Assembly: GCF_049243625.1 (NCBI RefSeq)
Contig: NZ_CP046975.1
DNA: 32,000 nt
Strand: one strand, 5' to 3'
From: Corynebacterium amycolatum
Lineage (GTDB): Bacteria > Actinomycetota > Actinomycetes > Mycobacteriales > Mycobacteriaceae
Part shown: piece by piece, positions 8,079 to 15,782 of the stretch
Position numbering within the stretch: the first letter of the stretch is position 1
How the letters are laid out: each line of letters begins with the position of its first letter
Program-made: the position numbers and the translations under genes
The notes under the pieces: generated by a model
Told to the model about the DNA's origin: nothing
The model's database searches: none
The model's input: the letters and a program-made list of their open reading frames with translations, nothing else

Positions 8079-9218
8079 ATGGCCAGTTCGAAGAAGGTCG
8101 CCACACTCACGGCTGCACTGTCGGTAGCTGCAGGTGGCTTTGTGCCCGGAATCGCGGTAGCTGAGGCTGCACCGGCAAACTCGGATGTTGTCATCGGCCC
8201 GGGTTCGCCGTTGCGGATGCCGTTCCCGAGCAGCAAGAACATCGACGGACGTCATGTTCAGTCTCCGATGTGCTCTCTGGGAGTTCCTGGCACCGTTGTG
8301 GATCAGAATGGTGTTTCGCATCGCGTCATCATGACTGCCGGCCACTGTGTTGTGGCGAAGGATACTGAAACCGGCGAAGAGGTCACCGGCCAGTTCTTCA
8401 TCCCAACCAAGGACGGCGACAAGCTGGTCAACAAGGACTACATGGGCACCGATGTCATGCCGGAAGAGAGCGACTTCGACGAAAACACCACTATGCCGGA
8501 GTTCTTCAACGAGCTCTTCAATAGCGGTGACTACGGCATCATTGAGGTTCAGGACGACATTAAGACCACCTCCATGTCCCACTCTGTGGATGAGTTCGGC
8601 AACGTCCACGGCGAGCCGGTCCAGATCGTCGGTATCGAGGACAAGCGCACTCTCGACCCGATGGAGATTTCCGTCGACAACTTCGGTGAGCCCGTGTGCA
8701 CTGACGGTTCCCGTACTGGCCGCGGTTGCGGCTTCCAGGTCTTCCGTGTCCGCAACGGTGTCTGGGCCATCGCTCCGATTGACCACGGCGATTCGGGCGG
8801 AAACGCCTACAACCCAGAGACTCGCGAGGCCATCGGCGTTAACTCCATGGGTATTGGCCCGCTGAGCCGCTTCCAGCCGATTGACGTTGCTCTTGAAGAG
8901 CAGTACGACATCCCAGACGGCCAGGTTAACGAGCGCTTCAAGGTAGAGACCTCCACTGAACCGCAGTCTGAGTTCCGCACGATTGACGAGGACGTTCAGT
9001 ACACCAACCAGCACGTCCCGCAGGAAGAGCCGGATTTGGGTCCGATTGGCGAGCTGCTTCCAGAGGGCGTCGAGGTCCCGCCGGAGATTGCCGACATCAT
9101 CTCGGAGAGCCCAGCTCTCCCGGAGCTGCCCATTCCGGAGCTGTCGGGGTCGACCGCTCAGGCAACACAGGCTGTCAGCAACCTCTCCTCGCAGGCAGGT
9201 CTTCCGAGCCTGTTCTAA
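8079..9218 (+). CDS. Secreted S1 (streptogrisin/alpha-lytic-like) serine protease, paralog of 6741..7823
   Basis: This is ORF 7959..9218 trimmed to ATG 8079, which gives the signal peptide MASSKKVATLTAALSVAAGGFVPGIAVAEA, with GGAG upstream. It has the same motifs as its neighbour: MTAGHC, GDYGII, VCTDGSRTGRGCGFQV, HGDSGG. Confidence 0.85.
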   Translation: MASSKKVATLTAALSVAAGGFVPGIAVAEAAPANSDVVIGPGSPLRMPFPSSKNIDGRHVQSPMCSLGVPGTVVDQNGVSHRVIMTAGHCVVAKDTETGEEVTGQFFIPTKDGDKLVNKDYMGTDVMPEESDFDENTTMPEFFNELFNSGDYGIIEVQDDIKTTSMSHSVDEFGNVHGEPVQIVGIEDKRTLDPMEISVDNFGEPVCTDGSRTGRGCGFQVFRVRNGVWAIAPIDHGDSGGNAYNPETREAIGVNSMGIGPLSRFQPIDVALEEQYDIPDGQVNERFKVETSTEPQSEFRTIDEDVQYTNQHVPQEEPDLGPIGELLPEGVEVPPEIADIISESPALPELPIPELSGSTAQATQAVSNLSSQAGLPSLF

Positions 9219-9270
9219 TCAGGTCACTGCAGTCTCGTAGATAGAGCGTTCGCTTTACGACGCTCCGTTT

Positions 9271-9316
9271 AACCCCCTATTCCGCCATGGTGGCGGAGTA
9301 GGGGGTTTAGCTTTTG
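9271..9316. terminator. Bidirectional terminator between convergent genes
   Basis: The stem is AACCCCCTATTCCGCCA-tgg-TGGCGGAGTAGGGGGTT, about 17 bp with one mismatch or wobble. It is followed by tagcttttgtt. Confidence 0.7.
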
Positions 9317-12205
9317 TTAGTCAATCGGCTTTGCGTGAAGGTACTCGAAGAATGTGTCGGGAACGGGATGTTCAAGGTGAAGCTTCATTGTGACAACATC
9401 TAATTCTTTGTCTTTTAGCCCCTTCATTGTCGTTTGTTGTGGATCGCTGGGAGTCACTTCGCCAAGGTAGGTGAATCCTTCATCTGGTAAATCATCCCTA
9501 CGCACAAACAAATGGATTGGGAACTTGTGTTGGATGATGCTCTGGACCTCTTGGCTCTTGAGGGTCCTATTTGAACGTGTAAACCAGCGCATCGTCGAAC
9601 GGTCAATGAATTCATCTTCGTAGGCAATGCTCGGAGCAAGCCCCTTGTGTTTACGGTAGTTCACGAAGATAGGGATCGTCTGCGAGTGGGAATCAATCTT
9701 GTAGCCATTTAGCGTGCCTGTTTGATCCGACCGAAGCCTCAAAAGACGAGAAACATCCTTTCTGGAATAGCGTTGATTGCGGCGAAGCACACCCGCGAAA
9801 TAATCATTTTCGCGGGACAGGAAAAGACCAGTTTGAATGATGTCATCCACATGCTCTCGAAAGCTATTTGGATATGTCGAATCCCACTTGTTGTACAAAG
9901 TCAAAAATTCCTCAGTCAGACTGTAACGTGAGGTTTCGTCATCGTACCGGACCAATCTAATTTCTTCGTAGGCCCGCTTCGGGTAAAACTCGAGGTTGAG
10001 CACTCGTTCGACAACAGAGAGATCCAGCTCGCTGTGAGAAACAGCCCTTGTGTCGAGAAAGTCAGAAAATTCTTCACGTGTGATGGAACCATGCTTAATA
10101 AGCTGGTCAAGTAGAAGTAACTCTTGGGGTTGCTTTCCGGGAAGTAGCTCGCGGGACAAAAACTTCAAGTATTCACTCTGCTTATCCGTTGGTCCTGTTG
10201 CTGCTTTGTCTACTCGGTGGAGGAGTTCCCAATAATTCTTGGTACGCCTGGTCGAGATCACTGCAGGGTCAACGAGGTTGAACCGAGCAAAATCCATTAG
10301 TCGTGGTACACGATTCAGTCGGTACTGGAGAAGTTGAATATCCTTTTTAAATTCAGCAATCGTGTCTACCGAGGCTGTATCGATGGCTTTAAGGATCTTC
10401 TCCTTGGCAATTTCATCAAAGCTTACAGTGGAGCCCGATGGGATATTGGAGGGATCAACGACTTTGCTCTTGAGCTTCGACTTATTTCTAGATGAATCGC
10501 CGAAAAGAGCCATCGGGATCATGTAATTGTTCTTGTAGTTTCCAATAAAGTCAATTACTCGGAGGTGGTCTTTTCCTGGGGCTTTGCGAAGACCACGGCC
10601 CAGCTGCTGGGTAAAAATGATGTTTGACTCGGTGCCGCGTAGCATCACTACTTGATTTACTGCCGGAATGTCGATGCCCTCGTTGAAAATATCAACGGTG
10701 ATGATGTAGTCGAGTTCGCCTGCAGATAACTCCGCAACGACAGCATTTCGTGTCGAGATTGAGTCTTCACCTAGAAGCACCTTCGTCCGTAGCTGCCGGC
10801 CAAAGAGCTGCTTTTGGTTGAGCTGCTCCGACAGCGCTTTCGCTTCGTCTTTCCGACTGCAAAACATGAGCCCCTTAACTCTCTCAGGAAACCCGTAGAC
10901 ACGGAGCTTCTCCAGGAGATAGTCGATACGATCTTCAGCGACGAGAGCATCGATGGATGCAGTCTTATCACCGATCGCTCGAACTCCATCATCAAAATCG
11001 GTGACACCGAAATAATGGAATGGTGCGAGCATGTCGGCTTCAAGAGCGGCTTGCAGTCGGATTTCGTAAGGAACGTTGAAATCAAAGAGGCGAAAGATGT
11101 CCCCTGAATCTGGACGCTCGGGAGTTGCGGTCAAGCCGAGGACAAACTCGCTGTTGAAGTATTCAAAAACTGGCTTGTAGGAATTAGCAGCGCCACGATG
11201 AACCTCATCGATAATGATGAAGTCAAAGGCATCTGGAGAAAAGGTTTTGTAAGTCGATTGGGAATACAAGGATTGAACTGAGGCAAAAAGGTATCGTGCA
11301 TCAGTTTCTTTTTTCCCACCAACCAAGAGTCCAAAGTCGGCGTCCGTAAGCTCAGAACCGGAATAAGCAAGTACCTTTCGGAATTCACTCTTAGTCTTTT
11401 CCAGAATCTGTTCCCGGTGGGCGACGAACAAGACGCGCTCGGCCTCTGCTTCTTTAACTGCTAGTGCAGCAAGGATCGTCTTCCCCGTGCCGGTAGCGGA
11501 AATTATGAGGCCTTTCCGCTCGCCTGACTGCCTCAAGTCAGCGATATTCGACAGCGCTACCTGCTGCATTTGATTGGCAATAACTGGGCCCTCGGGCAGC
11601 AACTTTGTGTGCGTGTTTTTCGAAACTGGAGGTACGCGGTTCTGTTCGTACTCATCGACCCATTGATGAGTTAGTGGGATGCAACGGTTACGTTGCATAT
11701 CAATGGCCGTCTCAATTTGGAACGTGATATCACCATTCTGGTGGCTGGAAAAGTGTAGATTCCACTCTTCGTTTTCCTGGAGCGCCTTTTGCGTCAAATT
11801 TGCGCTGCCGACGATGGCTGAAAGCTCAACCTCTTTGTAAAAGAGGTATCCCTTTGGATGAAAACCCCGGTGATGATCCTCGGGGTAGATGTAGACGTTC
11901 AGTCCCTCAATTTCGAGTAGTTCTCTGAACATCGATGGTGAATTGAAATCAAGGTAGTTCGACGTGATGATCGTCATTGGGCCAGAAAACTGAAGGAGAT
12001 CCTCCTTCAGCATGGCAAGAGCGGCCGGAGAAATAAATGCTACTGAAAATATGAAACTCGTAGCGGTGCGTAGCTCCTCGCGGAGCGCATTGTACATAGT
12101 GGCCGACTCATCGTTGCGAATGAGTCGGGGATTGTATTTTTTGTCGGCAACGATGTTTTTATCGATGAAGCCGTATCGCAGGTCTCCGACCAGGGAATTC
12201 ATCAT
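9317..12205 (-). CDS. HKD (PLD-family) nuclease / SF2 DEAD-DEAH helicase / DUF3427-type C-terminal domain fusion protein
   Basis: 962-aa ORF. The N-terminus has a single HKD motif, FHPKGYLFYKEVELSAIVGSANLT. Helicase motifs are I SATGTGKT, II IIIDEVHR, III LGLTATPER and VI QQLGRGLR. A ~300-aa C-terminal region follows, and calling it DUF3427 is from memory of this architecture. The gene is visibly AT-richer than its flanks. Confidence 0.85.
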   Translation of the reverse strand: MMNSLVGDLRYGFIDKNIVADKKYNPRLIRNDESATMYNALREELRTATSFIFSVAFISPAALAMLKEDLLQFSGPMTIITSNYLDFNSPSMFRELLEIEGLNVYIYPEDHHRGFHPKGYLFYKEVELSAIVGSANLTQKALQENEEWNLHFSSHQNGDITFQIETAIDMQRNRCIPLTHQWVDEYEQNRVPPVSKNTHTKLLPEGPVIANQMQQVALSNIADLRQSGERKGLIISATGTGKTILAALAVKEAEAERVLFVAHREQILEKTKSEFRKVLAYSGSELTDADFGLLVGGKKETDARYLFASVQSLYSQSTYKTFSPDAFDFIIIDEVHRGAANSYKPVFEYFNSEFVLGLTATPERPDSGDIFRLFDFNVPYEIRLQAALEADMLAPFHYFGVTDFDDGVRAIGDKTASIDALVAEDRIDYLLEKLRVYGFPERVKGLMFCSRKDEAKALSEQLNQKQLFGRQLRTKVLLGEDSISTRNAVVAELSAGELDYIITVDIFNEGIDIPAVNQVVMLRGTESNIIFTQQLGRGLRKAPGKDHLRVIDFIGNYKNNYMIPMALFGDSSRNKSKLKSKVVDPSNIPSGSTVSFDEIAKEKILKAIDTASVDTIAEFKKDIQLLQYRLNRVPRLMDFARFNLVDPAVISTRRTKNYWELLHRVDKAATGPTDKQSEYLKFLSRELLPGKQPQELLLLDQLIKHGSITREEFSDFLDTRAVSHSELDLSVVERVLNLEFYPKRAYEEIRLVRYDDETSRYSLTEEFLTLYNKWDSTYPNSFREHVDDIIQTGLFLSRENDYFAGVLRRNQRYSRKDVSRLLRLRSDQTGTLNGYKIDSHSQTIPIFVNYRKHKGLAPSIAYEDEFIDRSTMRWFTRSNRTLKSQEVQSIIQHKFPIHLFVRRDDLPDEGFTYLGEVTPSDPQQTTMKGLKDKELDVVTMKLHLEHPVPDTFFEYLHAKPID

Positions 12206-12246
12206 TGTTTTAGCATACTAAATGCACGCTGCGTCGCTTGTATTGA

Positions 12247-12639
12247 TTATTGTTCGTTTACAAGAATGTCGACTGTAGGGATGTCCGCTGGCGCCCAATC
12301 AACGGAATAAAGTTCGGCCGGTTCTAACCAACGATATTCAGTGTGCTCCGTTAGCTTGATTTCGGGAGAAGAAACGGAACAAAAGTATGTCGCCAGTGAG
12401 ATAACGGCGAAGTCATACTCATGGTCGACAGTGAGAATGTGGTTCCCAATCTCAGCTTCAAGTTTTAGCTCTTCTCTTAGTTCACGGGCTAGAGCCTCAC
12501 GAGGGGACTCACCTTCTTCGATCTTTCCACCGGGAAATTCCCAATAGTTTTCCATCGAGCGACCTGGGCCGCGTTGGGCGGCGAAGATTTTTCCTTCGTA
12601 GGTAAGAACCGCACCTACAACTTCGATTCGTTTTTTCAT
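12247..12639 (-). CDS. Nudix hydrolase, MutT/NudG-type (deoxy)nucleoside triphosphate pyrophosphohydrolase
   Basis: The Nudix box is GGKIEEGESPREALARELREELKLE. The start is chosen at ATG 12639 (MKKRIEVVG), which has GGAG 5 nt upstream. The longest ORF starts at 12660. AT-richer composition, like the downstream helicase gene. Confidence 0.85.
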   Translation of the reverse strand: MKKRIEVVGAVLTYEGKIFAAQRGPGRSMENYWEFPGGKIEEGESPREALARELREELKLEAEIGNHILTVDHEYDFAVISLATYFCSVSSPEIKLTEHTEYRWLEPAELYSVDWAPADIPTVDILVNEQ

Positions 12640-12759
12640 CTCAACTCCGCGTTCTGTCATTGCGCCTCATTCTAGTAATCGTCACTGTTTGCAGATCGGG
12701 CTATGGTGAACTCCTGGGCTTTTTATTTTCTCTTTTGCACAGTAGAAAGGACCGTTACC

Positions 12760-14142
12760 TTGTCAGCTTCCCGTTCGCGCGGCCTGCTTCGTCGTAAAGC
12801 AAAGTGCGAATCTCAGCCGGCTATCGCATCGGAGGTGGGAAGCGAATCACAAGGTCTGGGTCCTCAGTCGAGTGAATTAGACCGGACAAAACAGCCGATT
12901 CCGCGAGAGATTTGGATTCTGGTCAGCGCCGCGTTCATCATCGCGCTGGGCTTTGGGCTGATTGCTCCAATTCTTCCGCAGTACGCACGCAGCTTCGATG
13001 TGGGTGTGTTCGCGGCCAGCTTCGTGGTCAGTTCGTTCTCCATTTTTCGGCTGATCTTCGCGCCGGCATCGGGTTCGCTGGTAGAGAAGCTCGGATATCG
13101 ACGCACGTACCTGACCGGCATCAGCATTGTCGCATTCTCGACTTTGCTTGTCGGTATTGCGCAGACTTATTGGCAACTGCTGGCGTTTCGTGCGCTCGGA
13201 GGCATCGGTTCGACGATGTTTACGGTCTCGGCAATGGGGCTGATTGTGCGGATTTCACCGCCGGAGATCCGCGGTAAGAGCTCGGCCGCCTACGGCACAG
13301 CCTTCCTGTTGGGCAATGTCTTTGGCCCAATTATTGGTGCGGCAATGGGCGCATGGGGCATGCGAGTGCCGTTTTTCATCTACGGTGGCGCGCTGATTGT
13401 GGCAACGATTGTGGTCGGCATGTCGCTGAGCGCGGAGCATCTTCGCCACGTAGTGCCAAAGCGCACGACTCCAGTGCTGAAGTTCTCCGAGGCAATCCGG
13501 GACTCGGCATATCGAAGCGCACTAGTCGGAGCCTTCGCCAACGGTTGGTCGAACTTCGGCGTGCGCGTCGCGATTGTCCCGCTGTTCGCTGCGGCAACGT
13601 TCTCCCATGTCGGCGCCCCAGAACCGGGCAGCGATGTGGCAGTAGCTGCCACTGCCACAGCTGGTTTCGCGCTGACGGCCTTCGCGCTCGGCAATGTTAC
13701 GGCACTTCAGTTTTCCGGTCGTTTGTCCGACCGCATCGGCCGTCGTCCACTGCTCATCACAGGCCTGTTTATCAACGGCGTATTCACTGGCGCAATCGGA
13801 TTTAGCAGCGGCGCCATTCCGCTACTGATTCTCTCAGTCCTCGCCGGCTTCGGCGCTGGCATGATTAATCCATCGCAGCAGGCCGTGCTTGCCGACGTCA
13901 TCGGCGCCAACCGCCAAGGTGGAAAGGTGCTCGCCAATTTCCAAATGGCTCAGGACTTCGGAGCGATCTCCGGCCCGCTGATTGTCGGCGCAATCGTGGA
14001 TGCCGCAGGGTTCAAGGCCGGATTCCTTGTTTGCGGTGTCATCTCGCTGGTCGCGATGGTGGGCTGGATATTCGGGCGCGAGACTCTACCAGCCCACTCG
14101 TCGAACAGCGGAGCAAAAGAAGCCAAAGCGAAAACAGCTTAA
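12760..14142 (+). CDS. MFS transporter (DHA1-like)
   Basis: Multi-TM protein with MFS-type loops (GSLVEKLGYRRTYL, RLSDRIGRRPLL). The listed ORF starts at 12703, but its first 19 codons are T-rich and atypical. TTG 12760 follows GAAAGGA. The start remains uncertain. Confidence 0.8.
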   Translation: MSASRSRGLLRRKAKCESQPAIASEVGSESQGLGPQSSELDRTKQPIPREIWILVSAAFIIALGFGLIAPILPQYARSFDVGVFAASFVVSSFSIFRLIFAPASGSLVEKLGYRRTYLTGISIVAFSTLLVGIAQTYWQLLAFRALGGIGSTMFTVSAMGLIVRISPPEIRGKSSAAYGTAFLLGNVFGPIIGAAMGAWGMRVPFFIYGGALIVATIVVGMSLSAEHLRHVVPKRTTPVLKFSEAIRDSAYRSALVGAFANGWSNFGVRVAIVPLFAAATFSHVGAPEPGSDVAVAATATAGFALTAFALGNVTALQFSGRLSDRIGRRPLLITGLFINGVFTGAIGFSSGAIPLLILSVLAGFGAGMINPSQQAVLADVIGANRQGGKVLANFQMAQDFGAISGPLIVGAIVDAAGFKAGFLVCGVISLVAMVGWIFGRETLPAHSSNSGAKEAKAKTA

Positions 14143-15203
14143 ACAGAAGCGGATTTGCTAGATTCCTTGCCTTCATCGAGCTTTCGGCAAATAGTCACAT
14201 AGATAGCGCCAGTAATGTTGTGCACCACCGCGGCCACCGCGCCAGGAAGCGCGGCCTCTGGGGTAAAGAACTTCGCCGCCATACCGGAAGACAGACCCTC
14301 GGATTGCGTACCGACCTCCACGGCCACCGTGCGCTTGCCCGCAGTCGGCATCCCGACCAGCTGGCCTGCAAAGAAGCCGAGCACGTAGCCCAGCACGTTG
14401 TGGATGATTACAGCCACAAACACAATGAGGCCAATGTGCGCCAGGCTCTCCGCATTCTTGGCCACGGCACCGAAGACCACGCCGCCGATACCGAGGATGG
14501 AAATCCACGGCAGAATCGGCAGGATTTTATTAATAAACGAGTCGGCCACAAAGCGAATGATCAGGCCACCAACCACAGGCAGGAGGACTGTCTGGCAGAG
14601 GCTCCACGCCATCCCGAGGCCGTCGACCTCCGTGTGCGCGTCGGCAAGCACGAGCATGAGAAACGGCGTCATAATCGGCGAGACCAGCGTCGACACGCTG
14701 GTCATAGCGACGGACAGCGCGACATCACCGCGTGCCAGGTAAGCGATGACGTTCGATGAGGTGCCGCCTGGGACGGAGCCCAGCATCAGCAGACCGACGG
14801 CCAGCGCCGGGTTAAGCCCGAGCACTTTCGCCACGGCAATTGCTAGCAGCGGCATGATGACAAACTGCGCAATGACGCCGACGAGAATCGCCAACGGGCG
14901 CTTAGCGACCTGCTTAAAGTCCGGAATGGTCAGGGTGAGGCCCATCGCGAACATGATGATCATCAGGAAATATGTGATGTAGTCCGTCAGCGGAGTAAAC
15001 GGGGCGGGGAAGAAGAATGCCAGCGCCGAACCCGCCAAAATAAAGCCCGGAAATCCGAGAACCTCAATTATCGCCGAGAGCTTCGACGGTGCCTTATTTT
15101 CCTGCTTGCCATTCCCAGAAATCTCCTCGGGAGAATGTGGTTTTAGCGGGGACTGTCGGGGCGAAGACAGCTGCGTTTCTGGTGCGTTGTTATTGCTGGA
15201 CAT
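14139..15203 (-). CDS. Bile acid:sodium symporter (BASS) family transporter
   Basis: 354-aa polytopic protein. MLGSVPGGTSSNVIAYLARGDVALSV and the overall pattern match the SBF/BASS family as I recall it. The ATG start is at 15203. Confidence 0.8.
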   Translation of the reverse strand: MSSNNNAPETQLSSPRQSPLKPHSPEEISGNGKQENKAPSKLSAIIEVLGFPGFILAGSALAFFFPAPFTPLTDYITYFLMIIMFAMGLTLTIPDFKQVAKRPLAILVGVIAQFVIMPLLAIAVAKVLGLNPALAVGLLMLGSVPGGTSSNVIAYLARGDVALSVAMTSVSTLVSPIMTPFLMLVLADAHTEVDGLGMAWSLCQTVLLPVVGGLIIRFVADSFINKILPILPWISILGIGGVVFGAVAKNAESLAHIGLIVFVAVIIHNVLGYVLGFFAGQLVGMPTAGKRTVAVEVGTQSEGLSSGMAAKFFTPEAALPGAVAAVVHNITGAIYVTICRKLDEGKESSKSASV

Positions 15204-15240
15204 TCTCTAGCGACCTTGGGTTTATACGTTGCGAAATTGC

Positions 15241-15275
15241 AAAAATCCGCCGAACGGTGGGTGTTCCACGGCGGA
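15241..15275 (-). terminator. Terminator-like hairpin plus U-tract inside the BASS leader region
   Basis: The minus strand reads TCCGCCG-(16 nt)-CGGCGGA followed by TTTTT. It ends about 38 nt upstream of the BASS ATG. Confidence 0.4.
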
Positions 15276-15782
15276 AAATAGCAGATATGTGTACAAACGT
15301 GTAGGGAAAATGTTAACTACCTCACCCCATGCAATTGCAAAATAGATACCCCGAAGTGGGTGCAATGTGCTCGTTTGACGTCGGCCCCAGCGCCGGGCCT
15401 CATCCAAGAAATCGACCACCTAGTGTTGTGGCCTTGCTAACGGGAAATGGTTTTTTGACCGACGGTGGCGTAGTCTGGGCAGTCGGTGTGAAATCCTGAC
15501 GACAATGTCGCAGAGAATCTGGCAGCGGTATAAATTCGCTGGTGAAACGCTTGAGAGTGCATAGTGCATGATGGGCGCCCCTCCTCGGAAGTAAAAGCTG
15601 AATTGGGTTTGGGCGCAATTTTTCGAAGTATGTGCAAGAGAAGCGATGTCATCGCAATTCCGACGTGAGAGCACTGAAAACAAGAACGTAAATTGGGCGG
15701 GTCATGTATGTGCGACCCAACTGTGAGTAATCAACTGTTGAATATTGAGTGTGCGGGCGAAAAGGCCCAGGAAGAGCCCCAA

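Noticed and set aside
7989-9014. 341-aa minus-strand ORF, and similarly 6738..7556 (272 aa)
   Set aside because: Both are antisense to the two S1 protease genes, which have clear signal peptides and catalytic triads.
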